Shown in pieces: positions 51,235 to 63,740 of a stretch of 64,000 bases of DNA. The first letter of the stretch is position 1; each line of letters opens with the position of its first letter. A program made the translations under genes and the position numbers. Below the pieces are notes generated by a model. It worked only from the letters and a program-made list of their open reading frames with translations, was not told where the DNA came from and ran no database searches. The stretch is from contig JANJGN010000210.1 of assembly GCA_026770705.1 (NCBI GenBank), forward strand, positions 372,001-436,000. The letters run 5' to 3'. The DNA comes from Isurus oxyrinchus (lineage: Eukaryota).

Positions 51235-51575
51235 TGCAAGGTGGGTATCACTGGCAAGGCCAGCATTTGCTGCCCACCCCAAATTGCCTTGGATTGAATT
51301 GTGTCCCTTACTATTTCAGATGGCAGTTAAGAGTAACCCACATTGCTGTGAGTCTGGAGTCACATGCAGACCAGACCAGATCAGGATGGCAGATTCGCTT
51401 CCCTAACAGACATCAATAAAACAGATGGCTCTTTATGACAATCGATCGTAGTTTCATGGTCACCATGACTGAGGCTAGCTTTCGATAGTTGAATTAATTC
51501 CACCATCGCCGTGGTGGGATTTGAACCTTTGTTCCCAATGTATTACCATGGGCCTCTGGATTACTAGTCCCGTCT
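51235..51575 (-). mobile_element. Shark tRNA-derived SINE (HE1-like)
   Basis: Same family as 33325-33605. Confidence 0.6.
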
Positions 51576-52054
51576 CACCCTAAAATTGTTTAATTATTGA
51601 AATATTTAATTACATTATGATAAGCCAGTGGGCAATCTGGTTACAATGTAAAGGTTTCCTAATTTGCTAACTTCTTCCGCCTCAGCAAGCCCCTCTTCCA
51701 GACAGCAATCCCGCTGGCTGTGAATTACCGGATACAATTCTTTTTTATAGAAACCAGATCTTACTCGGTTTGCAGTATTATGTAAAGGGAAGGAAACGTT
51801 ATTCGACGTCGAAGGGAGGTTTTCAAATGAACAGCAGCTTAATTTAAGTACTTGCAAACTTAATACTGTCGGAAAATTACCATTACTCAATTAAGATAAA
51901 TTGCCTTGTTTAATTTGACAAACCATAGAGATTTATTTGCTGAGAGCCAGATTGTTGCACCGTTGGTACCTGTTTCTGTGTGTCTGCTCTGTGTGCAGAT
52001 CAGGAATCCACCCGGCTGGTTATAAACCTTTTAGCTCATTCTCCTGTATTTCAG

Positions 52055-53276
52055 AAAGTGCAGTTCGACACACTGATTCAAGAAGGTTGTATTTCATAGA
52101 AAGGTGAAAGCTTGACATAAAGCTTAAGAAGGCGCCTCACAAGCAAGATCACTAATCCAGTGTCTGATATATAGAAGGAACAACTTAGAAGCACTACATA
52201 AAAGGCATAGAAGGATCTCTATTCTGTTCAGAACCAATGCTGTTTCTGACCCACCGTCCCTTGGTGGGCCAGCTTAATGGAAAGCATTAAAGAGTAGAGG
52301 GAGCTTAATGATCTCCAGCCAACCTTTGCTAAAGTTGACCTTACAGCGTATGAGAGACAATTGTTAATGGGGCGTTACCCTGTCATCGTCTTGTGTACCG
52401 AGGCAATCGCAGTGTTCAAGCAACGTTAATAGCATCGACGTTATAAGGTTGAAGAACTCGAGTCAGCAATACAATATAAATGGTTTCATCTCTCGGAAGA
52501 AATAACCAAACGTTAATGAGTTTAAACATCCATCAAAGACTGTCATTTTTAAACAAAGAGATTCATCTTGAATATTAGATAATTACTTCATAAGATTTGC
52601 CTGACCCTGAGCTCAATTTCAGAACAAACGCTTTCAGCAAGTACCTGTAAAGTCCCAGAAAACAGCGCCTGTTAATCGTGGATATTATTCCAGCTATTCA
52701 AATAGATAGCATGGTATTTCACTCTGTATATAACACAGTAACCCATGCTACACCTGCCCTGAGATGTTGGAGGGAACATTACTCTGTATTTAACGTGTGC
52801 TACACAATACCTGGGGAATGTTCAATGGTACAGCGTAAAGGGATCCTTGTTCTGTTTTTAGCCTGTGTTTTGCCTCACCGAGGAATGTTTGATGCAGACA
52901 CATTGATGGGACTTTATTCTGCGTATAATCAGTGTTTTACCTGTCTGAGGCGATTTTGTTGGGATGGGACCTTACTCTGTATGTAACTGGCACTGTACCT
53001 GCCCTGAGAATTTTAAATGGAACAATCGAGAGGGAATATTACTCTGCATCCAATCCGTGCCTGTACCTGCCCTGCGAATGCTGTACGAGGATCTTTACTT
53101 TGTATCCAAGCCGTGTTATGCCTTCCCTGATAATGTTTGCTGCAGCAGTGCAGCGGCAGCTTCTTTCGAAACCTAACCTATTCTTTACAAAGACATAAGT
53201 ACTGACAGTGTGGTGTATTATTGCTCTCTCTGAGACTCACAGTGATGTGGAGCAATCTCACCCCCGTACAGAAACT
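52055..53276 (+). pseudogene. TCR-type V pseudogene split by an insertion, with near-consensus 23-RSS
   Basis: Acceptor tatttcag at 52054; remnants KGESLT, V*YIE, GSLMISSQP to ~52325; resumes at 53201 TDSVVYYCSL*; cacagtg 53238-53244 + 23 + acagaaact 53268-53276. Confidence 0.7.
52690..53198 (-). repeat. Shark degenerate tandem repeat (ctgtacctgccctg...gagggaatattactctg type)
   Basis: Recurrent cctgccctgaga/gagggaac.ttactctg units; reverse-oriented copy at 30672-30920. Confidence 0.6.
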
Positions 53277-53656
53277 ACCTCTGGATTATAGTTGGGAGCT
53301 CCTGTCTCTTTGGGGTTGTGTAGAATCGCGGGCAGATGTCGCCTCAATGTGCAGCCCGCTTTCAGGCGCTGAAACATACATCTAGAGGAAGCCAATTTAA
53401 CCTCGGATCAAACTGTCACCCAAATATTTTTAGAAGTGGTTGTGAAAACAAACTGCAGAATCCTATCACACCGATAGGTCGAGCACAGTTTCAGTGTTCT
53501 GATCAGTTGTTTATTCACTTAATATTTCATATCAGCTGGGAGAGCAAGGCCGCTAGCACTCAAGCCTCACTCAAAGCACGCCACTGGGCACAAGGTTAAT
53601 GAGACTAAGGCTGCCTGAAGCTCAGGGACACACAGAGACAGCAGACTGACGTCACC

Positions 53657-56120
53657 TAGAAACATAGAAACTAGGAGCAGGAGTAGGCCATTTGGCACTT
53701 CGAGCCTCACCGCCATTCAATATGGTTATGGCTGATCCTCTAACTCAAAGCCATATTCCTGCTTTCTCTCCAAACCTAATATCCAAAAATGTATCAAATT
53801 CATTCTTTCTTGAATATACTCAGTGGCCCGGCCTCCACCATCTTTTTTGGAAGAGAATTCGACCAGGTTGAACACCCTCTGGGTGAAGAAATATTTCCTC
53901 ATCTCGGTCCTAAATGGCCTGCCCTGCATCCGGAGACAATCGCCCCTGGTTCTAGACGCCTGATCCAGAGGAAACACCCTCTCTGCATACAGTCTGTCTA
54001 GCCATGTTAGAATTTTTATACGTTTCAATCAGATCCCCTCTCAATCTTGCAACCTCCATTGAATACAGACCAGGTTGAACAAATCTCTCCTCATACTACT
54101 CTCCTGCCTTCCCCAGTATCAGCTTAGTGAATCTTCGCTGCACCGCTTCGATGTGAAGTATATCCTTTCTTAAGTAGGGAGACCAAAACTGCACGCAATA
54201 CTCCAGGTGTGATCTCACCAAGGCCTTGTATAACTGTCGTAAGACATCCCCACTTCTGAACTCAAATCCTCTTGCAATAAAGGCCAACATACCATTTGTC
54301 TTGCTAATTGCTTGCTGCACCTGCCTGCTTACTTTCATTAACTGGTGTACAAGAGCACCCAGATTCCTTTGTACATCCACATTTCCCGATATATCACCAT
54401 TTTAGTAATACTCTGACTTTCTGTTTTTCACACCGAAGTGTATAACTTCACATTTATCCACGTTATACTGCATCTGCAATGTGTTTGCCCACATACACGC
54501 AACTTGTCTAAATCTCCCTGAAGCCTCCTTGTATCCCCTTCACAACTCAGAGCCCCTCCCAGATTTGTGCCGTCAGCAAACTTAGAAATATTGCATTTGG
54601 TTGCCTCATCCAAGTTATTTAGATATATCGTGAATAGCTGGGGCCCAAGAACTGATCCCTGCGGTACACCAGTAGTGCTGCACACCACTAGTCACCTCTT
54701 GCCACCCGGAAAAAGGCCAATTTATTCCCACTCTCTGTTTCTGGTCTGTCAACCAATTCTCAATCCAGGCCAGTATATTATCCCGAATCCCATGTACTTA
54801 AATTTTGCCGACTAGCATCTTATGTGGGATCTTATAAAAAGTTATCTTGAAATACAAATACACCACATCCACTGGTTCTCCCTTATCTGTTCTACAAGTT
54901 ACGTCCTCAAAAACTCCAATAGATTAGTTAAGCAACATTTCCCTTTCATAAATCCATGCTGACTTTGTCTAATTCGTTCGTGCTTTCCAAGTGTTCTGTT
55001 ACCACATATTTTCTAATAGATTCTAGATTTTCTCCACTATTGATGTGCGGCTAATTAGCCTGTAATTCTCTGTCTTTTCCCTCCCTCCTTTTGTAAATAG
55101 TGGGGTCACATTTACCACCCTCCAATCTGTAAGAACTTCTCCAGAGTCCATAGAATTTTGGAAATTGCCCACCAATGCATCCAGCATTCCCAGGGGCACT
55201 TCTTTTAGCTCTCTGGGGTGCAGATTATCAGGCCCTGGAGATTTTTCAGCCTTTAACCCCGTTCATTTCTCGCGCACAACATTTTTACTAATACTACTTT
55301 TCTTCAATTCCTCCGTCTCACTGGAACCTTGTTTCCCTAACATTTCTGGGAAATTATTTGTGTCCTCTTTTGTAAAAGCTTTTACAGTCAGTTGTTATGT
55401 TCCCTGCAAGCTTACTCTCATGCTCCATTTTTCCCTTCTTGGTCAACCTTTTTATTCACTTTTGCTGAATTCTAAACTGCTCCCAATCCTCAAGCTTTCT
55501 GCTTTTTATGGTAAATTTACATGTCTCTTCTTTGGATCCTTCATTTGTCTTGTAAGCCAAGATTGAACTACTGTTATAATTTTGCGCCAGAGATGAATGA
55601 ATAATTGTTGTAATTCATGCGTACGCTCCTTAAATATTAGCCTGTTAGGTTCCCCAATCCATCATTGCCAACTCGAACCTCATACTCACACAGTTCCCTT
55701 TATTTAGATTCAAGGACCCTAGTTTAGGATTCAGCTTCTTCACTCTCCATCATACTGAGCAATTCCATCATTTTATGGCCGCTCTTCCCCTAGGGACCCC
55801 ACACAGCAAGATTGTTAATTAATCCTTTCTCATTGCACAATGCCCAGTCTAGGATAGCCTGCTCTCTAATTGGTTCCTGAACGTATTGATCGAAAAACCA
55901 GCACGTACACACTCCAAGAAACGTTCCTCCACAATATTATTACAGTTTGGCTTGTCAAATCTATATACAGATTAAAGTCACCCATGGTTACAGCTTCACC
56001 CTTATTTCATTTGCCTCTAATTTCCTGATTAATGCATTCTCTTACAATCCCATTACTGTTTGGGGGCCTATAGACAACCCCCGCCAACGTTTTCGGAGCC
56101 TTGGTGTTTCTTAATTCTAC
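53657..56120 (-). mobile_element. CR1 LINE, ~2.5 kb 5'-truncated copy
   Basis: GVPQGSVLGPQLFTIYLN, ISKFAD, YKALVRSHLEYCVQFWSPYLRKD; tagaaacatagaaac tail at 53657. Confidence 0.92.
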
Positions 56121-57119
56121 ACAGGGACTGCAGACTGACGACAAACAGACTGGTGACTGACGTCACAAGGATGCCACCGACTGACGTCACAGAGGAAGCG
56201 GGCTTCGGTCACGCGGACTTCAGACTGACATCATATAGACTGCTGACTGAAGACACACAGGCAACAAATTGCACTGCTGGCATCAGGGGTCATGGGAGTG
56301 AGTAGGCTGGGGATTGTGACGGTAATGGGAAAGATAAGGACAATCGAGCAGAAAGAGTAGTTATGCAGATCGGTATGAAAAGGGATGCATATACAGAGAT
56401 AACAGAAATAAACATAATGTTTCTGATAAAATAAAACAACAAATTCTGGAAGAGAATCATTGGAGAAATTGAATGAAAGAAAGATCTGAGCAAGACTAAT
56501 GGGGGCTCCTGTGGGTGCATCAGTTCAATGTTTCCATTGCCTCAATTGTGAAATGTTTGGTCAATGGTGTTGCTCAGCTGAGTAAGGCCTGCTCCATAGA
56601 TCAGCATTATGCCTTTTCTAAAGTTTACTAAGTTCTCTGCTGACTATTTCCTCATTAGGAAGGTCGCTGCTACTGTGAAATCGGGATAACGGAATTGCCA
56701 TTGTTCTGTGGAACACAAGTGGACAATGAGGGACTGAATGCGCTCAGCATGACTGAGGTAAGGTGACGCAGACTGATATAGAACTAAAGGTACTAACACT
56801 GACTGAGGCTCAAGGACATAAAGACACAGAATTGCGACCGCTCAGTTTCAGCAGGAAAATTGGAACTGGTTGGATATCTGGGGGTTGTAATGGGAAGGAG
56901 GAAGATAGGGAGAAGCAAGCAGAACCGATGTGGAAAATTAGCCGAAAGAGAGGAATAATGAGACAGGTAAAAGGGAAACAAAAAGCAGGTTGAAATAAAA
57001 TAAAGTTATGAAACTGGCACATGGAAGAGAATGAATGAAAGGAAATATGAACAATATTTCTGAGTAGGTAAGTGAGACACACCCTGGTGTATTAGCTCAT
57101 TGCCGCTCTGCATTTAAGG

Positions 57120-58860
57120 AGTTGAACTCTGTTTATATTACAAGAGGCCCTATCTCAGTTATTACTGCATTAGGACATGTCCATGTTTATATTTCACTAG
57201 GTCCTGTAAATTTAACCGAAGTAGGAAAATATTAAATTAAGGCTGAAAGTGTAGGGTTTAGTAATGTGCGTAAGTATGTCTTTGAAGTTACAATGTTAAG
57301 AAAGAACCTAAAAGAGTGTTCGTGATCCTTGTCTTTATTTTTTAAATAGAGGCTTCGCGTACAAAGGCAAGGGAGTGCTGCTCGCCATCACAGAATACTC
57401 ATTAGGCACCAAACGTTTTGTTAAATATTCGGCATTACATTTTAAAGAAGAGAGAAAGGCCTTTCAGATGGATCAGAAGAGATTCATTAGATTGATACCA
57501 AAGATGAAATAATTGACTTCTGCGGAGAGATCAAAGAAATGTTGATCCTCTTGCAGCTTTGGGGTTTAAGTGGTAATATGACAGTAATGCTCAAATACAT
57601 GAAGTCATTTGGGACAAAAGGGTGGAAAACCGAACAGACACATTTAAAGCAATTTGCAACAGCACCAAAATCGGCACAAGAGAAAGCGATGACCAGGAAT
57701 GCTTTGTCTCAAAAGGCGGTGCAAGCCAACTCAATAGGATTGTTTTAAAGTCAGTTGGATAAATCAATGATGTGCAAACATTTGCAAGATTAAAAGAGAA
57801 TTGCAGGAGAACTGGACCGATTTTTCAGCTCTTTCAACGATCTGGCACACATGATGAGCTGAAAGGCCTTTCATGTGTTGTATTATGTGCTGCACTATTT
57901 TCTAATTCTATGATGAGACGACCAACTGTTTAAATTACCTTTAGCCTCTTTGTATTTGTTACTGCTCTCGCTCTTTCTCAGTTAATATGATGCTAGTCCC
58001 TGTCTCAGTCATTATGAAACAATACCATGACCACGCTGTTAAACTGCATTAAAAACCGTATCTGCTCAATTAAGCTGCACAAAATTCTGTTTATTTCACA
58101 TGAGACTATGTATCTACTTATATTACATAAGCTTCCGTCTCAGTTATGACTGCAATAAACCACAGCACTGAATATGCGGCACGGGACCATGTCCAGTTTT
58201 TATTATATAATGCAACTTCTTCTGTTACATTAGACTCTGTCTTTATTTATATTAAACTCGACCATTTATTTGACTATGCTATTTTTGACCATGTCTCTCT
58301 TTATATTAGACTAGACCACGTCACTGTTTATATTACACTATAACCTCTTTGTTTATATTACACTAGATCCCGCCTCTGTTTTTATTAAATTATATTCCAC
58401 CTCTTGCCTGTATTACACCAGGCTTTATCCCTGTTTATAATATGCAAGGCCATCTCTCTTGTAAATTGCACTAAACCCTGTCTTTGTTTATGTTGAACTG
58501 GACCACGTCTCTGTTAGTATTATACTAAACCCTATAACTGTTTATATTATAATAGGTCAAGTCTCAGTTTATATTCCAGCAAGCCTAGTTGTTATTGCAC
58601 TTGTCTATATGTTTTTATATTAACCTACACCCTACCGCGGTTATTACTGCAGCAGGACTTGTCTCAGTTTGCAGGACATTCGTTCATGTTTCAGTTAACC
58701 TGACACTGGGACACGCTACATCTCCTTCTTTTATATTTCACTTGATCTTGCATCCATTTTTATTATATGCGACATTGTTTAAATTCATAATAAACTGGAG
58801 AATATGTTGTTTATATCACATGAATGTCTTAGCCATTACAAGACGAGACACTGCCTCTGT
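57120..58860 (+). repeat. 27-bp minisatellite family, interrupted by an old CR1 (57340-57915)
   Basis: gtttatattacactaga-type units. Confidence 0.65.
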
Positions 58861-58959
58861 TTAAATCATAACGCTGGAATTTCTGATTTTCATTTAATAA
58901 CAGGCCCTGCTGCTGCTTGGCTGTATCAGTTTATATCACTCGAGGCAATTTGTCATGTG

Positions 58960-61330
58960 GACTAGGCTGTTGGCCTATCGAGTCTGCTCCGCCAGTCAAT
59001 AATATTATGGCTGATCTGATAATCATTAACTCCAATGTCCTGCTTTTTCCTCACAACTCTTGATTTCTTGACAGGTTAAAGATCTCTCCATCTCAGCTTT
59101 GAACATATTAAATGGCCCAGCCTCTACAGGCTTCTGTGGTAATTAATTCCATAGATTCGCTACCCTCTGAGAGAAAAAATTCCTCCTCATCTCTGTCTCA
59201 AATGGCGACTCCTTACTCCGAGATTGTGACTGCTGGTCCTCCACTCCCACAATGGGGAACAACGTCTCAGCACCTACCCTGTCAAGCCCCCTCAGGATCT
59301 TACATGTTTCAATAAGGTCGCCTCTCGTTCTTCTAAACTCCAATGAGTACAGGCCCAATCTACTCAACCTCTCCTCATAAGAAAATCCCTCCATCCCCGG
59401 GATCAACCTAGTGAACCTTCTTTGGACTGACTCGAAAGCCAATATAACTTTCGTCAGATAAGGGAACCAAAACTGTTCACAATATTCCAGGTGTGGTCTA
59501 ACTAGTGCCTTGTATAATTTAAGCAAGACTTCCCTGTTTTTATACTCCATTCCTGTAAAATGAGGTCAAATATTCCATTTGCCTTCCCTATTACCTGCTG
59601 AACTTGAATGTTAGCTTTTTGTGATTTGTGCACGAAGGCCACCAAAACCCTCTGTGCTGCAGCTTTCAGTGGTCTTTCGCCATTTAAATAATATTCAGCT
59701 CCTCTATTCTTCCTGTCAAAGTGCATAACCTGACATTTTCTCACATTATATTCCATCTGCCAAGTCTTTGCCCACTCACTTAACCTGTGGCTATCCATTT
59801 GTAGACTCTTTGTGTCACCTCACCAGCTGCCTTCCCACCTATTTCTGTGCCATCCACAAACTTGGCGATAGTACATTCACTTCCTCATCCAAACCATTAA
59901 TATATATTGTAAATAATCGTGGCCACAGCACTAATCCCTGTGGCACTCCACTAGTTACAGTTTGCCATCATCAAAATGCCCCTCTTATTCCAAATTTCTG
60001 TCCTCTATTAGTTAGTCAATCTCTATCCATGCTAACATACTACCCACAATCCCATGGGCTCTTAACTTATTACGTAACCTTATGTGTGGTACCTTAAGAA
60101 AATCCAAATATATTACACCTGCTGGTTGTCCTTTATCTATCCTGCTTGTTACCTCCTCAAAGAATTCTAATAAATTTGTCAGGCATGATTTCCCTTTCAT
60201 GAAGGCTTGCTAACTCTGCTTGATTATATTATGCACCTTTACATCCTCTGATATTGCATCACTTATGATAGACTTTAACATTTCCCCAATGGTGAATGTT
60301 AAGCTAACTGGCCTGTGGTTAAATATTTATTGTCTCCCTCCCTTTTTGAACAAGGGCGTTACATTGACAGTTTTCCAATGCTCTGGGACTTCTCCGGGAT
60401 CTAAGGATTCTTGGAAGACCAGTGTGTCCACTATCTCTGCAGCTATTTCGTTTAATATCCTAGGATGCAACTCATCACATTCAGGGGGGCAACATCTTTT
60501 CGGCCCATTAGCTTCCTTAGCACTTTTCTCTGGTGATAATGATTGTATTTATTTCCTCCCCACTCCCCGCCATTTTGCCCTTGATAATTTCATACTTTTG
60601 GAATGTTATTGGTGCCTTTTACCGTGAAGATGATGCAAAGCATTTATTAAACTCCTCTGCCATTTCCTGGCTTTCCAGAACCTCATTCTCTAACAGGCCT
60701 AGTTTCACTTTGGCCTTTTCCTATTTCAAGTTCCTCTCCAGCTCTGAGGAGATGTCCTTAACCCTGGCACCTCGCAGACAACACAGCCTTCGGGACTCAC
60801 GCTCACGGATACAGGGAACAGTATCTATCCCCTTCATTTAACTGTTTCCTACCACTACATTCGATTTTTTCCCACCATTTTAATGTCTCCCTCTACCACG
60901 GTTCCGTGGCCAGTTCCCGCATCCTCCCTGCAGCCCCTACTCTCTTCCACACAGATTGCAAGAACCTCCTGACTCTTGAAAAATTGCAGGAGCCGAGGTT
61001 CCTCGAAGGCTACCCCCTGGGTCCACGCAGCTGCCTCCCCTGCAGTCACAAACTCCTGTTCTTGATCACAGACCAGATTGGAATTACCTAATCTCATGAG
61101 GTGTGACCGACTCCCAGAGTAAAGTGTCCAGTTAGCTCTCCCCCTCCCTGATGTGGCACAATTTCTGCAGCTTGGATTCCAGCTCCTCAACTCGGATTCG
61201 AAATTCCTGGAACTCTCGAACATTTAATACAGATGTGCTCGCTTTGAATCAACTTGGTGTCCAGCAGCTCCCACATGCTGCAGCAGCAGCACGTTACCTG
61301 CACTGCGATCAATATTGTATTTTATTTAAT
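58960..61330 (-). mobile_element. CR1 LINE fragments (ORF2 RT and ORF1-like pieces)
   Basis: KSCLTNLLEFFEEVT, WQMEYNVRKC, YKALVRPHLEYCEQFW. Confidence 0.92.
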
Positions 61331-61899
61331 TTATTAAACAATTATTCTGGTATCCCTGCTCTTTTCACTTGAAGACTCCCCCACTCTTTACATTCTTTTG
61401 GAATTAATTTTGTGGGGTGGAGTGCTGCTGAGAATGAAAAATGAAAGATAGAAAGAAAGGAAGGAAAAGGGAAGGAAGGAAGGAGGGGAGGAAGAGAGAA
61501 AGAAAGAAAGAGAGAGAGAGAGAAAGAAAGAAAGAAAGAAAGAAAGAAACAATTCACAAACAACAATGGGATAAAATAGTTTTTGTGGGGTTAATTGAAT
61601 GATAAATATTGGGAAAACCCCTCTGGGTTCTCTCTATGATCATAACCAGGGGATGATTTGTGTTCCATCTCAGAGGACAGTCGTGGATTCAGTTCAGAGT
61701 TTGATCAGGGAAAACATCACCTCAGGCAGTGTAGCACTCCTTCAGTACAGGAAACACTGGGCGCTCAGCCTTGGACTTTCCAATTCGACTGTGAGAGATA
61801 AAGTGGCACACACTGAACTACTCTAATGGAGAGGAAAGTATATGAGAAGGAGACAGAAGATTAACCTTAAAGGGAGGATACAAATGTTTTATTGCTCTT

Positions 61900-62801
61900 T
61901 CACCAATTAAATGAAGCAGTGAAGGAGGCGAAAGAGCAAATCAGCATATTCTTCAGCTGCTCTCGGAACTTGGTCTGGGTCACTGCATAGATGAAAACAT
62001 TGGTGCAGGAGCTGAGAAGCTGGAGCATGTTGGTTGTCTCTTGAAAGATGAATTGCGGGTCATTGAAATCCAGGCCAGTGAAATATGCCTTACCCGTAAT
62101 CTGCACGTAGAGGAAATGTCCGACGTTGGTGACCCACAGGAGGAGAAAGCTGAGGGAGATGGCGAAGAGCAGGACAATGGACCTTTTATGGTTGTCCATC
62201 TCTGGATCTCTGTCACTCTCGGCTCCCTGGAGCCTCCTGCGAGCTCTGCTGGCCGCTAAGATGCGCCTTACTGTCAGTGCATTGAACAGCAGAATGAGTA
62301 GGAACGGGAGGAAGGGGGTTAAGATGCGGTCAAGCCAGTCGTAGGCCTGCCAGATGGGCAATGTGTAATAGGTAGACTTGATGTTGCAGAATCAGGGCAC
62401 ACTGTCCAGAATATACAAGGGCTGGTAGCTGAAGTAGAAAGAGACGTTCTTGACACAGCTCAGGGCACTGACTAGTCCTATAAACAGTGATGCAGTTTTC
62501 TCAGTGCAGTATCTGGCCTTCAGGCTCTGACAGCAGATGGCCACAAAACGGTCGATGGTGAAGATGACCGTCAGCCAGACTGAGCCATCTCGTGTGGCAT
62601 AGACAAGCACGATGCTAACAGCACATCCAGGGGTGGTGGAGAGGACACTCTCACGAAAGTAGATGCCACTGATCCGGTTGAATGTGACAGCGGTGATGAT
62701 TACCAGGAAATGTGTCACCACTATCACCACCAGGTAATAGGTGATGCATTGGGAGAGCACGCACCGGCCACGGGATAAGATTATGATCGCCACCATGTTG
62801 A
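61900..62801 (-). pseudogene. GPR139/142-like GPCR paralogue, main exon with one in-frame nonsense codon
   Basis: Acceptor ccctcacag; VNMVAIIILSRGRC...FTIDRFVAIC...LDSVP*FCNIK (TGA at 62394-62392 where the paralogue has TGG/Trp)...CTNVFIYAVTQ; exon 1 not found in the window. Confidence 0.85.
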
Positions 62802-62879
62802 CTGTGAGGGAGGAAAAGAGAGATATGTTACCAAGCGAACTCCATACACCAGCTGCTGGTGTCTTATATTTCAACTCTT

Positions 62880-62997
62880 TCTTGGACTCGAACTCAAGTT
62901 CTGTCAAAGGGTCATGAGGACGCGAAACGTCAACTCTTTTCTTCTCCGCCGATGCTGCCAGACCTGCTGAGTTTTTCCAGGTAATTCTGTTTTTGTT
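62880..62997 (+). repeat. Penelope-like short repeat
   Basis: gggtcatgaggacgcgaaacgtcaactc...gatgctgccagacctgctgagtttttccagg. Confidence 0.7.
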
Positions 62998-63049
62998 ATA
63001 GCTGAACAATTTTAGAGGGACTGCCCTGAACAATTTTAGAGGGACTGCC

Positions 63050-63740
63050 CTTGATATCAAGGCAGCATTTGCCCGAGTGTGGCAACAAGGAGCCCAAGCA
63101 AATCTGCAATCAGTGGGCATCAGGGGAAAAAGTCTCCGAAGGTTGGAGTCATACTTAGCACAAAGGAAGGTGGTTATGGCTGTTGCAGGTCAGTCATCAC
63201 AGCTCCAGGACAGTACTGCAGTGTTCCCTCAGGGTAGTGTCCTCAGCCCAACCATCTTCAGCTGCTTCATAAATTAACTTCCTTCCATCATAAGGTAAGA
63301 AGTGGGGATATTGGCTGATGATTGCACAATGTTCAGCACCATTCGCGACTCCTCAGATACTGGAGCAGTCCATGTCCAAATGCAGTAAGGCCTGGATAAT
63401 ATCCAGGCTTGGGCTGACAAGTGGCAAATAACAGGCAATGACAATCTCCAGCAAAAGAGAATCCAACCATCGTCTGCTTGATGTTCAATAGCATTACTAT
63501 CACTGAATCCCCACTATCAACATCCTAGGGGGGGGGCTACTTTTGATCAAAAAATGAGCTGAACTAGCCGTACAAATACAGTGGCATCAAGAGCAGGTCA
63601 GAGGCTAGGACTTATGCGACGAGTAACTCACCTCCGGACACCCCAAAGCCTGTACACCATCTAAAAGGCACAAGTCAGGAGTGTGATGGAACATTCTCCT
63701 CTTGCCTGGATGAGTGCAGTTCCCACAACACTCAAGAAGG
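63050..63740 (+). mobile_element. CR1/L2-group LINE RT fragment in GPCR intron
   Basis: LDIKAAF, FPQGSVLSPTIFSCFIN, LADDCT motifs. Confidence 0.85.

Noticed and set aside
62392-62394. Selenocysteine or readthrough at the GPCR TGA
   Set aside because: It aligns to Trp (TGG) in the paralogue, so a simple transition explains it; no SECIS evidence.
62802-63120. N-terminal extension of the 242-aa GPCR ORF
   Set aside because: Upstream of the splice acceptor at 62802; it reads through intronic repeats.
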